Below are positions 16,541 through 25,843 of a stretch of DNA of 30,727 nucleotides, piece by piece. Within the stretch, counting starts at the first letter, position 1, and every line of letters begins with the position of its first letter. Under the pieces are notes generated by a model. The model did no database searches, was not told where the DNA came from, and worked only from the letters and a program-made list of their open reading frames with translations. The DNA is from Planctomycetota bacterium (GTDB lineage Bacteria; Planctomycetota; GCA-002687715; DRQF01): assembly GCA_027001995.1 (NCBI GenBank), contig JALTLO010000088.1, positions 79,367 through 110,093 of the forward strand, in the 5' to 3' direction. The position numbers and the translations under genes are program-made.

Positions 16541-19303
16541 TTAGTCTTCGAGGGTACGTTTGATCTTTTCGATCTCGTATGGCTCAAAGATATCCCCAAC
16601 TTTGATGTCATCGTAGTTCTGCATACGGATACCGCATTCTGAACCTTCTTTGATTTCTTTGACATCGTCTTTCATATAGCGCAAGGAAGCCAACTTGCCT
16701 TCGTGAATCAGGATGCCGTCGCGGGTGACGCGGATCATCGCGGTGTTGCGAATAAAGCCGTCTTCCACTACACAACCGGCAATCGTTCCAACTCGGGAAA
16801 TCTTGAAGGTCTTGAGGACTTCGATGTGACCGGTGATGGTCTCTTTGAGTTCTGGAGCCAGTTTGCCTTCCATCGCTTCTTTGACATCGCCAAGAAGATT
16901 ATAGATGACATTGTAATGGCGAATCTCAACGCCGCGCTCATCAGCCAAGCGTCTGGCTGTAGCACTATCGGTGACGCAGAAACTCAAGATGACTGCGGCA
17001 GAAGCATCTGCCAAGGTCACGTCTGTATCGGTGATTCCACCAACAGCGGCGTGAATGATCTTGGGCTCGACTTCATCGTGAGTCAGAGCAACGATCTCTT
17101 TCTTCAATACTTCCAAGGAACCCACTGTGTCGGCCTTCAAGATCAAGTTGAATTGATCAGTGTTGGCTTTCTTGAGTAAGTTCTCCAGGTTGGTGTTCTG
17201 GCGGGCAGCCAAGCGATCTTCTCGGATGCGCTCTTGGCGCTCGTCCGCCAGGGATTTCGCCTTGGCCAAGTCCTTGACCACGAAGAAACGATCGCCTGCT
17301 GCTGGCAACTCAGCCAAGCCGCTGATTTCAGCGGGCCATGCAGGGCCGATTGACTTGGCAGTCTTGCCATCTGGCAGGCGTAGAGACTTGATCTTGCCGA
17401 AGACGTGGCCACAGAGGAAGCTGTCCCCTTGCTTCAAGGTGCCGTCAGTGATCAGGACGCGGGCAACGTTGCCTTCACCCTTCTTCTGCAAGGACTCGAT
17501 CACCGTAGCGACACCTGGGCGCTCTGGGTTAGCCGTGAGCTCCATGATTTCAGAAACCAAGCTGATGGATTCCAAGAGGTCGTCGATGCCTTGACCAGTA
17601 ATCGCGGATACTTCGACGCAAACTGTGTCGCCACCCCAATCTTCGGGCTGGAGACCTAAGCCGGACAGTTGTTGCTTGACTTGAGCCACATTGGCATCGG
17701 GCTTGTCACACTTGTTGATGGCAACCACGATGGCTGTCTCGGCTGCCTTGGCATGGGAGATAGCCTCTTCAGTTTGGGGCATGACCCCATCATCCGCAGC
17801 CACAACCAAAACAACGATGTCGGTGACCTGGGCACCACGAGCTCGCATTTCAGTGAAAGCACGGTGACCGGGTGTATCCAAGAAGACCAAGTCGCCACTG
17901 TCTCTTGGGATGCGATAGGCACCGATATGTTGGGTAATACCACCATGCTCACGTTCGGTGAGGCGAGTTGAGCGGATGTAATCGACCAAGGATGTTTTTC
18001 CGTGGTCGACATGGCCAAGGAAGGTCACGATGGGCGGACGAGCTACGAGGTCAGAGTCGCCGCCTTCCCAAACATCGACTTCGTCTTGGGTGAACTCTTG
18101 TTCCAAATCCTTTTCGGTTACATTGATTTCACAATCAAACTCGATGCCGATGAGCTCAACAGTTTCCTTGTCCAACATGGTGTTAATGCTGGGTAGGATA
18201 CCGTGGTTCTTAATCAGCTGCTCAATGATGAGGGCTGATTTCAAAGCCATGGCTGAGGACAGATCCTTGACCGTGATGGGGAGCTGGATCTCTATGCTTT
18301 CTGGGCGCTCGACGGCTTTGGCCACTTTCTTTTGAGGACGCTGGAAGCCACGACCACGACCGCCACCACGGTTACCAAAGGCTCCACCAGGGCCACCGAA
18401 TCCGCGACCACGTCCAGGGCCACCGCCCCCTCGGCCACCACGATGGGGTGAACGAACAAATGTACGCTTGGAGCCAACGGACTTGGTTTGAGTCAAACCT
18501 TCTGTCGCAGGATCTGCAGGGGCCCCCGGGTCCTGACTTCCTCCTCCTCCTCCTCGATTGCTCGGTTGTTGAGGTTTCTGCGGTTTTGGAAGTTCCCGTC
18601 GTCCCAAGATCGTGGCTTGACGACGCTTTGGAAGCTCTCGCGTCGGCTTGTTCTCGTCAATATGGGACATGGCCTTTGAAGTGACGACCTTGGCGTTGCC
18701 AGGAGTACTGACCCGGATTTCACGGATTGTGGCTTCTTTCGGGGCTTCTTCTTCAGGTTCGACTGCTGGCTCCGGAGCCTTCTTGGCTCGTGGGTTGACG
18801 ATTGCAGAACCGATATTGCCCATGGAAACTGTTAGCTCGGGAGCCGCGGGCTCCTTCGGCTCCACGGCCTCTTCGACTTCAATTTCAACTTCAACCTCTG
18901 GGACCTCGGAGACAGGCTCTGCCACTTCAGGTTCCTTGGCCTTGGGTTTGCTCTTTCTGGCTCCAGGAGGTGTGACGGGCTTGAGCTCGACCATCTCATG
19001 CACATCTTCTTTGACCTCAACAGCCTCAACTGTTGATTCTGAAGCTTGAGCTTCGGCTGGTGCCCCGTTGGTCGCAGCCTTCTTCTTGATGGCTTTTTTC
19101 TTTGGAGCCTTCTTCTTTGGCTCTGGTTTCTTTTTCTCGACCGGAGGCGGTACGTAGAGGAAGGCGCGGATAACGTTAGCCTGAGCCTCTGTTAAGGAAC
19201 CCATGTGGTTCTGAACTTCAATTCCATGGTTCAAGGCTTCGCCCATGATGTCCTTGGAAGTGACGCCCAGTTCTTTCGCCAGTTTGTAAACTCGAATCGG
19301 CAT
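16541..19303 (-). CDS. infB: Translation initiation factor IF-2, 920 aa
   Basis: N-terminus [10 protein letters not shown] and GTPase motifs [27 protein letters not shown], plus C-terminal ECGI. Confidence 0.99.
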   Translation of the reverse strand: MPIRVYKLAKELGVTSKDIMGEALNHGIEVQNHMGSLTEAQANVIRAFLYVPPPVEKKKPEPKKKAPKKKAIKKKAATNGAPAEAQASESTVEAVEVKEDVHEMVELKPVTPPGARKSKPKAKEPEVAEPVSEVPEVEVEIEVEEAVEPKEPAAPELTVSMGNIGSAIVNPRAKKAPEPAVEPEEEAPKEATIREIRVSTPGNAKVVTSKAMSHIDENKPTRELPKRRQATILGRRELPKPQKPQQPSNRGGGGGSQDPGAPADPATEGLTQTKSVGSKRTFVRSPHRGGRGGGGPGRGRGFGGPGGAFGNRGGGRGRGFQRPQKKVAKAVERPESIEIQLPITVKDLSSAMALKSALIIEQLIKNHGILPSINTMLDKETVELIGIEFDCEINVTEKDLEQEFTQDEVDVWEGGDSDLVARPPIVTFLGHVDHGKTSLVDYIRSTRLTEREHGGITQHIGAYRIPRDSGDLVFLDTPGHRAFTEMRARGAQVTDIVVLVVAADDGVMPQTEEAISHAKAAETAIVVAINKCDKPDANVAQVKQQLSGLGLQPEDWGGDTVCVEVSAITGQGIDDLLESISLVSEIMELTANPERPGVATVIESLQKKGEGNVARVLITDGTLKQGDSFLCGHVFGKIKSLRLPDGKTAKSIGPAWPAEISGLAELPAAGDRFFVVKDLAKAKSLADERQERIREDRLAARQNTNLENLLKKANTDQFNLILKADTVGSLEVLKKEIVALTHDEVEPKIIHAAVGGITDTDVTLADASAAVILSFCVTDSATARRLADERGVEIRHYNVIYNLLGDVKEAMEGKLAPELKETITGHIEVLKTFKISRVGTIAGCVVEDGFIRNTAMIRVTRDGILIHEGKLASLRYMKDDVKEIKEGSECGIRMQNYDDIKVGDIFEPYEIEKIKRTLED

Positions 19304-19351
19304 GCCGTGAACTCTTGAAATCGCTACTAAACGCGCTGTCTTTTGTTGTCT

Positions 19352-19375
19352 GGAACCGAGGACACCCTCGGTTCC
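19352..19375. other. Perfect 10-bp hairpin in the nusA-infB spacer
   Basis: GGAACCGAGG-ACAC-CCTCGGTTCC, with no U-tract after it on the coding (minus) strand. Confidence 0.6.
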
Positions 19376-19392
19376 CTAAGCAAGGGAGAGTC

Positions 19393-20721
19393 TTAAGACT
19401 CCTGCTTCTCATCTTCGCCATCATCCTTTTGGGATTCTGGCTCATCGTCGAGGTCGCCCCGAGCTGCTGCTTCCTTTGCCAAAGCAAGGAGTGGGTCTTC
19501 CTCATTTTCGTCGATGACCAAACTTGGATTGGACTCCGACTCTTTTTCTTCTTTTTCTGCTGTCGCAGCAGCATCGACTTCGTCCTGAGCCATCTGCTGT
19601 TGAGCCATAGCCAACAAGGGATCAGATTCGACACCTTCTGTGGCAGCAGCGTCTTCAGGTTGTACCGAGGCATTGGTTGGAACTTCATCCAACTCGGCAC
19701 CGGTCTTAAGTTGCTCAAGAATACGTTTTTCGGCGTCGTTGAGGCCGCCATCGTTGCCACCACCGGAAAGCTTATTGACGCCTTCACCTTGGATGTTGAC
19801 ATCCCAACCTGTGAGCCTGGCAGCCAGGCGGACGTTTTGTCCGCGTTTGCCAATAGCCAAAGAAAGTTGGTCTTCGGCGACTTGGACCAGGGCTTCGCCG
19901 GTCTCGTCATCCATGGTGATGGATTGAATTTCCGCAGGCTTCAGGGAGTTCATGATCAGCACTTCTGGAGATTCGCTCCAACGAATGATGTCAATCTTCT
20001 CGCCGTTTAATTCGTCAATGATGTTGCGAATGCGGGAGCCACGAATACCGACGCAGGCACCGACGCAATCGACTTTTGAGTCATAAGAAACCACCGCCAA
20101 TTTGGTGCGGAAGCCAGCTTCTCTGGCTAAGCCTTTAATCTCAATGACGTGGTCGGCAATCTCTGGGATTTCTAACTCAAAGAGCCGTTGAATGAGGTCT
20201 GGGTGAGTTCTGGACAAGACGATACGAACTCGGTGGCCCACCCGGCGCACGTCAAAGATGACGCAGCGGATGCGGTCGCCGACTTGATAAGTCTCGGTGC
20301 GGACCCGTTCGTGGCGGGGCATGATGGCTTCGGAGTTGCTGATATCAACGATGATATTTTCGCCTTCGAATCGTTGAATTGTACCTACGACCAATTCGCC
20401 GATGCGGCTTTCGAACTCACCGAAAATGACATCTTGCTCAGCTTCCCTGAGGCGCTGAATCATGACTTGTTTGAAAGTTTGGGCTGCAATTCGGCCTAAG
20501 GATTCAAGAACGCCATCTTCGATGGGTTCTTCATCCACGTAGCCAGTAAACTGTCCATCGAAACGATCAACAGTGATCTCGATTTCTTCGGCATCCTCAT
20601 AACGCTTGCGCGCTGCCGCCATCATGGCGATCTCGAGGCTTTCAAAGACAATACTCGAGTCAATGCCCTTTTCTTTGGCCATGGCACTGACGATTTTGAC
20701 CAACTCCGGTCCACCGCTCAT
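19393..20721 (-). CDS. nusA: Transcription termination/antitermination factor NusA with acidic C-terminal tail
   Basis: Motifs GRIAAQTFKQ, LSRTHP, LFELEIPEI, GACVGIRGSRI, LAIGKRGQNVRLA. SD ggtggag. Confidence 0.98.
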   Translation of the reverse strand: MSGGPELVKIVSAMAKEKGIDSSIVFESLEIAMMAAARKRYEDAEEIEITVDRFDGQFTGYVDEEPIEDGVLESLGRIAAQTFKQVMIQRLREAEQDVIFGEFESRIGELVVGTIQRFEGENIIVDISNSEAIMPRHERVRTETYQVGDRIRCVIFDVRRVGHRVRIVLSRTHPDLIQRLFELEIPEIADHVIEIKGLAREAGFRTKLAVVSYDSKVDCVGACVGIRGSRIRNIIDELNGEKIDIIRWSESPEVLIMNSLKPAEIQSITMDDETGEALVQVAEDQLSLAIGKRGQNVRLAARLTGWDVNIQGEGVNKLSGGGNDGGLNDAEKRILEQLKTGAELDEVPTNASVQPEDAAATEGVESDPLLAMAQQQMAQDEVDAAATAEKEEKESESNPSLVIDENEEDPLLALAKEAAARGDLDDEPESQKDDGEDEKQES

Positions 20722-20791
20722 GTCTGCGGATCTCCACCCAATTTCAATCGTTCCTTTAGGAAACGAATCGCTGCTTTACGAAGCACCCACG

Positions 20792-20817
20792 AAAAAAAGT
20801 GGGTAAACCCACTTCTT
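20792..20817 (-). promoter_or_regulatory. rimP-leader-like attenuator hairpin upstream of nusA
   Basis: Minus strand reads AAGAAGTGGG-TTTA-CCCACTTTTTTT, about 70 nt upstream of the nusA start. It resembles the short GGG-loop-CCC-polyU leader of rimP-nusA-infB operons. Confidence 0.7.
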
Positions 20818-20997
20818 GATGCGTTGCGGCTGCGAAGGAACCAGCGCTTGAGCTCGGCTGACCTTTGGTCATTCTGGCCGAACCGTCATGATTGGGGAAT
20901 TCCACAATCTCTAGCGCATGGTCGTCTCCATTGCCAAATTTGAGAAACTCGTCTCAAACCGCATCATTTCGAAGGATTTACGGCCTACGTTAGCCGT

Positions 20998-21046
20998 AAC
21001 AAAAAGCCGATGAACGGCCTCATCAGATGGGGCGGTCCTCCGGCTT
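20998..21046 (-). terminator. Intrinsic terminator-like hairpin with no protein gene upstream on its strand
   Basis: Minus strand reads AAGCCG-GAGG-ACCGCCCCAT-CTG-ATGAGGCCGT-TCAT-CGGCTT-TTTGTT. Confidence 0.6.
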
Positions 21047-21163
21047 GCTGTAAGGAAGTTAACCAAGTCTCAGATGAAAGGCCAGCATTCACATTGTTTC
21101 CTGGGCCGTCCTTTTTTCGGGAAACAGACACTTTCTCACTGGGCCCTACTGCAAATCTGATTT
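20998..21163 (-). ncRNA. Candidate small RNA (~165 nt), family not recognised
   Basis: -10-like TATTGT at 21175-21170, nested inverted repeats at 21070-21160, a pyrimidine-rich linker and a terminator-like 3' hairpin. Confidence 0.35.
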
Positions 21164-21299
21164 TGTGGGACAATAGCCGCTGGATGGAGGATTCGCTATC
21201 CTCAACCAAGGTTTTTGGTAAACTATTTTGCTGTAAGCACTTAATAAGGAACCACGCCCTGTGGAATCGCCCTTTCAGCTCAAAATTGACCCAGATCGC

Positions 21300-22649
21300 A
21301 TGGCTAGACGGCGGGCATTTGCTCTGCTAGCGACAGCGGCCCTTTTGAGTGCCCTCACCGGATTACTCTTCGTGATGATCTGGAAGAATTATGTGAAGGG
21401 GCTCGAACCCGAGTATTTTCGTGACCAAGGGGCTCAGTGGGGGGAAGAATTCCAGCGCCGTCTTCGCAACCAAACCAACCGCATTATGGCGAGTGCTCGC
21501 CCTTTCGAGATCGTTTCCTGGGAGGAGAATGTCGGCAACAAAATGATTGCGTACTTTGAAGATGAGTTTCGCCGCAATCCTTCATTGCGTCCACGGCAAA
21601 TCGCTTTGCTTTTTCGAGAGCCTGGTGGGCCTTTTCGTACGGGTCGTAAATTAGGCCGGGATCTTCCCAGATCGCCCCGGGCCAAGGATTTCCGCCATCA
21701 CACGGAAAGTGGTTTGGACATCGCGGTGATGGATTCCGAAAATTTGGTCGCCGTGGTGGTGGAGGGGCCCGTCAACAATGTTGGCGAAGAAATCAAAGGC
21801 AATCTCAGGTTTCGTTTAACGGTGGAGTTTCGGCCCTTTCATTTGATGATTGGCAAAGGGACATCCTATGCCGTACTCCTCGTTATCAGCTACCTAGTCA
21901 TTATCTATTTCTTGTTCATCCAAGTGTTCCGTCTGGGACGTCGCCAGATGAAGTTGGCCTTATCTGCGAAAGAGAAATCGATTCGCCTCAAAGCCATTTC
22001 ATCGGTGGCTGAGGGTATCGCCCACGAAGTCCGAAATCCTCTCAATGCCATCTCTCTTAACGTTCAATACATGGAGAAACTGGGGCAAAAAAGTGGCATG
22101 GTTCCCCAATCTGGGGACTTCCAGCGGGTCTATCGCGAACTCGGCAAGATCCGCAAAGTCATCGACAACTTCGTTAATTTTGCCAAGTCTCGAGATTTAG
22201 AGATCTCAAGATGGTCGATGTCTGAGGCGGTTGATACCTGTTTGGAGGATCTGGCCCAAAGGCTTGACAAGGGCTCCATTACCATCAATCGGGAGGATTC
22301 CGGGGATCTTGAGATTGTTGGCGATCGGCCCAAAATCATCCAAGTCATATCGAGCCTGCTCGAGAACGCTATGGATGCCATGGGAGAGGTAGAAGAGAAG
22401 GTGATTGACTTGGAACTCACGGGCTCTCCTGATGCCGTGTGTTTGGCTATTCGAAATCGCGGTGAAACACCTGGGGATGAAGTGATGAAGAATATGTTTG
22501 ATCCCTATTTCACCACCCGCAGCTCATCTTTGGGGTTAGGTTTGACGTTGGCCAAGACGGCGGTTGATTCTCATGGTGGCAGAATTGCCGCCACTGGAGC
22601 CCCTGGAGGAGGACTTCTGGTTACGGTGACCCTGCCCAGAGAGTTTTAG
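21300..22649 (+). CDS. Membrane sensor histidine kinase (two TM segments, periplasmic sensor, HisKA, HATPase)
   Basis: H-box IAHEVRNPLNAI, N-box LLENAMDAM, F-box MFDPYFTT, G2-like LGLGL. Start is ATG 21300 or GTG 21261. Confidence 0.92.
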   Translation: MARRRAFALLATAALLSALTGLLFVMIWKNYVKGLEPEYFRDQGAQWGEEFQRRLRNQTNRIMASARPFEIVSWEENVGNKMIAYFEDEFRRNPSLRPRQIALLFREPGGPFRTGRKLGRDLPRSPRAKDFRHHTESGLDIAVMDSENLVAVVVEGPVNNVGEEIKGNLRFRLTVEFRPFHLMIGKGTSYAVLLVISYLVIIYFLFIQVFRLGRRQMKLALSAKEKSIRLKAISSVAEGIAHEVRNPLNAISLNVQYMEKLGQKSGMVPQSGDFQRVYRELGKIRKVIDNFVNFAKSRDLEISRWSMSEAVDTCLEDLAQRLDKGSITINREDSGDLEIVGDRPKIIQVISSLLENAMDAMGEVEEKVIDLELTGSPDAVCLAIRNRGETPGDEVMKNMFDPYFTTRSSSLGLGLTLAKTAVDSHGGRIAATGAPGGGLLVTVTLPREF

Positions 22650-22724
22650 GTTCCAATTGTTGGTGGCGGTTTCGGATCTCAGTTGAGATCCGTATCATGA
22701 GTGTCAAGAACCAAGAGGACTAAC

Positions 22725-24107
22725 GTGACCGAAAATCGCATTCTTATCGTTGACGATGACCCTGGCCAGGCGGACTCCCTTCGCCGGGTCCTTTTGCTAG
22801 AGGGGTTTCGTGCGGATTGCGTTTTTTCTCCGGAAGAAGCGATGGTGTCCATCGCCGACCGCAAACCAGATGCCATTGTCTCTGATTTTCGGATGGGAGA
22901 AGTCAATGGCCTCGATTTCTATCGCCAAGTTCAAGCTATTCACCCGGACATGCTTTTTATCTTGGCCACAGGCTATGGCACTGTTGAAACGGCCATCGAA
23001 GCTTTGCGCTTGGGGGTCCATGATTTCCTTACCAAGCCCATCGATACTGACGAATTGGTGATCAAGCTCAAGAAAGCACTTAACTATCAGAGCTTGCAAA
23101 CTGAAAACACGCGCCTGAAAGAACAGATCGCCGGCCTTGCTGAGCGTCCTTGTATCATTGGGAACTCAGCGGCGATGAAATCGATCCTTGAAGAAGTCTC
23201 TCAAGTGGCAAATAGCGTGGCCACTGTGCTGGTAGAAGGGGAAAGTGGCACCGGTAAGGAACTCATCGCCAAGACGATTCACGCTGACAGCCCTCGCTCT
23301 CACGGTTCTTACATCAAAGTGAACTGCGCAGCGATACCAGAGAATCTCTTGGAAAGTGAACTCTTCGGCCATGAAGCCGGGGCCTTCACAGGGGCGGTTC
23401 AAAAACGAGTGGGGAAATTTGAGCTTGCAGACGGCGGTTCAATTTTCTTGGATGAAGTCGGGGAGATGCCTCTCCATCTTCAGCCAAAACTGCTGCGCGT
23501 TTTGCAGGAGCGAGAAATTGAACGTGTGGGTGGCAGCGAGACTATCAAGGTTGACGTGCGTGTTATTGCCGCCACCAACCGCGACTTGGAAGAGATGGTG
23601 AAAGAGGGCGATTTTCGCAAGGACCTCTTCTATCGTCTCAATGTCATCCCGATTCGATTGCCATCCCTTCGTGATCGCATGGAAGATGTCTTGCCAATTG
23701 CCAATCATTTCCTCTCTCGATTCTCTGAACAAAACGGGCGGGATCTGTCCGGCATCGGCGATGAGGCCTCGAAGAAACTTCTTGGTTACAGTTGGCCGGG
23801 TAACGTACGCGAGCTTGAAAACTGCATGGAACGTGCGGTGGTTTTGGCTCGTGGTCATGAGTTGGCCGCAACCGATTTTCATTTTTCTGACGAACCCGTG
23901 GCGGCAGGCATCGATTCTCTACTCGAACGCTTGCTCACCACGGACATGAGTTTGAATGAGCTGGAACGACGCATCATCTTGATGGCCTTAGAACGTTGCG
24001 ATGGCAATGTGTCAGAAACAGCTCGCAAGCTAGGGATGACCCGCCGTTCGTTGCAATATCGGGTAGAGAAAATCAAGAGTGATGATGAAGAGGATGCTCA
24101 TGATTGA
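22725..24107 (+). CDS. Sigma54-dependent response regulator, NtrC family (REC-AAA+-HTH)
   Basis: ILIVDDD, phospho-acceptor in VSDFRM, LTKP, GESGTGKE, ESELFGHEAGAFTGA, WPGNVREL, HTH. GTG 22725 follows SD agagga. Confidence 0.96.
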   Translation: MTENRILIVDDDPGQADSLRRVLLLEGFRADCVFSPEEAMVSIADRKPDAIVSDFRMGEVNGLDFYRQVQAIHPDMLFILATGYGTVETAIEALRLGVHDFLTKPIDTDELVIKLKKALNYQSLQTENTRLKEQIAGLAERPCIIGNSAAMKSILEEVSQVANSVATVLVEGESGTGKELIAKTIHADSPRSHGSYIKVNCAAIPENLLESELFGHEAGAFTGAVQKRVGKFELADGGSIFLDEVGEMPLHLQPKLLRVLQEREIERVGGSETIKVDVRVIAATNRDLEEMVKEGDFRKDLFYRLNVIPIRLPSLRDRMEDVLPIANHFLSRFSEQNGRDLSGIGDEASKKLLGYSWPGNVRELENCMERAVVLARGHELAATDFHFSDEPVAAGIDSLLERLLTTDMSLNELERRIILMALERCDGNVSETARKLGMTRRSLQYRVEKIKSDDEEDAHD

Positions 24108-24303
24108 CTTTTCGGTCAATGGCAAACCCTATCAAGGGGAAGCTGGCATGACAGTTGCCGACCTGCTCAAACAACTTGATCTCAAGCACCAAAGAATTGC
24201 TGTTGAGGTCAATGAAGATGTCTTATCGAAAACGGTCTTTGGGACCACAATCCTGGAAGAGGGCGACCAAGTTGAAGTTGTCTCTTTTGTTGGCGGAGGT
24301 TGA
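24100..24303 (+). CDS. thiS: Sulfur carrier protein ThiS
   Basis: Motifs VNG, IAVEVN and C-terminal [16 protein letters not shown] 24100 follows gagga. Adjacent to thiG. Confidence 0.96.
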   Translation: MIDFSVNGKPYQGEAGMTVADLLKQLDLKHQRIAVEVNEDVLSKTVFGTTILEEGDQVEVVSFVGGG

Positions 24304-24304
24304 A

Positions 24305-25105
24305 GTGCATTTAGCTGAAGAACCACTGAAAATTGGCAAGTATAGTTTTGACTCCCGTTTGTTCTTGGGTACTGGCAAGTACAAAACCAACGAAGAGATG
24401 GTCGCTTGTCTGGAAGCTTCTGGGACCCAATTGGTCACCGTTGCTGTGCGCCGAGTTGATTTGAACGACAAGAGCGACGCCTCTTTCTTGAATCACATTG
24501 ATCTGAGTAAGTACAAGATCCTTCCCAACACGGCCGGTTGCTATACCGCCAAGGACGCCTTACGAACCGCTCGTTTAGCCCGGGAGGCTCTCGATTGCGA
24601 CTTAATAAAACTAGAAGTTCTTTCTGACGAGAAGACTTTGCTGCCAGAGCCTATTCACACATTGGAAGCAGCAGAAATCTTGGTGAAGGAAGGTTTCACC
24701 GTGATGGTGTACACCTCTGATGATCCAATCATGGCTCGGCGTTTGGCCGACTTAGGGGTGGCCAGTGTCATGCCTGCGGGATCGCCTATCGGCTCGGGGC
24801 AAGGAGTTCTGAATCCCAATAACATGCGCATCATTTTGGAGACGATCGACGTTCCCGTCATCGTTGATGCTGGGGTGGGGACGGCTTCCGATGCCGCTTT
24901 AGCGATGGAGTTAGGAGTCGATGGTGTTCTTTTGAATTCCGCCGTCGCCCAAGCCAAGGATCCTGTCGCCATGGCCATCGCAATGAAACAAGGGGTGACC
25001 GCTGGGCGCTTTGCAGCCTTTGCTGGGCGCATTCCTAAGAAACTCTATGCCAACGCATCGTCACCAATGGAAGGTCTGATGGCACCATCGCCACGGAGCA
25101 GCTAG
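24305..25105 (+). CDS. thiG: Thiazole synthase
   Basis: Motifs [42 protein letters not shown]. The real start is probably GTG 24305, not 24155. Confidence 0.97.
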   Translation: MHLAEEPLKIGKYSFDSRLFLGTGKYKTNEEMVACLEASGTQLVTVAVRRVDLNDKSDASFLNHIDLSKYKILPNTAGCYTAKDALRTARLAREALDCDLIKLEVLSDEKTLLPEPIHTLEAAEILVKEGFTVMVYTSDDPIMARRLADLGVASVMPAGSPIGSGQGVLNPNNMRIILETIDVPVIVDAGVGTASDAALAMELGVDGVLLNSAVAQAKDPVAMAIAMKQGVTAGRFAAFAGRIPKKLYANASSPMEGLMAPSPRSS

Positions 25106-25843
25106 ATGACAGATGGCTTGCTATTGGTGGGGGCGATTCTAATCGCTCTTGTCGGCGTTTACAGCTTGTGGCGACAAGGGACATGGCCAAAGGGATGGCC
25201 TGTCACGGGAGAACCAGTTATACTTGGCGCTCTTGGGCTCATGGTCTATCTTGCCTTTCAAATTGCCGGCGGATTTGCTGTCAATAAGATTGGCGGCGAC
25301 CCGGCGAAGCTTCATCTCGTGCATGGGGCATTGCGCTTCGTCTGTGTGGCGATCCTATTTGTGATCGTCAAGTTTTTGGTTCATCCGCGCGATCCTATGA
25401 ACCAATTGAAGCCCCCGTCTTGGTCGGCAGTTGGCTATGTTCTGCTGCCTTACCTTTTGATTCTACCGTTGATGTTTCTCATCTCACCAAAAACCGAACA
25501 ACAAGCTGTTCTTGACCTTCAGGCATTGACCGGCTTCTTGCCCAAAGCCTATTTGTTTTTTGGCATCGTTCTGGCCGCTCCTTTGTGGGAAGAACTCTTG
25601 TTTCGTGGTTTCTTGCAGGGTGCAATGAGACGATCTTACCCGGCGAGTTTGTCGGTTTTGGTCACGGCGGCGTTCTTTGCTTTTGTTCACGAAGAGAGCG
25701 TTCGTATTCCTGTCTTTTTCTTGGGGCTTTTGCTTGGGGCCGTCTACGAGAAGAATCGAGGATTCTGGGCACCCTGGCTCATCCACGCTTTGAACAATCT
25801 CATTACCTACGTCTATGTTGTGAATGGAGGAGGGCATGCGTAA
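25106..25843 (+). CDS. CPBP (Abi/CAAX) family intramembrane glutamic/metalloprotease
   Basis: Multi-TM protein with APLWEELLFRG, FFAFVH and HALNN. Confidence 0.93.
   Translation: MTDGLLLVGAILIALVGVYSLWRQGTWPKGWPVTGEPVILGALGLMVYLAFQIAGGFAVNKIGGDPAKLHLVHGALRFVCVAILFVIVKFLVHPRDPMNQLKPPSWSAVGYVLLPYLLILPLMFLISPKTEQQAVLDLQALTGFLPKAYLFFGIVLAAPLWEELLFRGFLQGAMRRSYPASLSVLVTAAFFAFVHEESVRIPVFFLGLLLGAVYEKNRGFWAPWLIHALNNLITYVYVVNGGGHA

Noticed and set aside
18340..18560. GC-rich short repeats (ccacga, cct runs) as a repeat array or CRISPR
   Set aside because: They encode the Gly/Arg-rich linker of IF-2; there is no repeat-spacer periodicity.
19218..20010. 230-231 aa ORFs overlapping nusA and infB
   Set aside because: Alternative-frame and antisense shadows of the low-complexity NusA tail.
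21216..21231. TGGTAAACTATTTTGC as a sigma54 promoter for the sensor kinase
   Set aside because: Spacing is GG-N11-GC, one base too long.
20985..21330. Track ORFs 20985..21209 (-) and 21010..21330 (+) as small proteins or a rimP remnant
   Set aside because: No RimP-like motifs, and both run through strong hairpins. A non-coding explanation fits better.
24155..24304. N-terminal extension of ThiG or a ThiS-ThiG fusion
   Set aside because: The extension is a different frame over thiS, which has its own GGG-stop ending at 24303. ThiG homology begins at about 24305.
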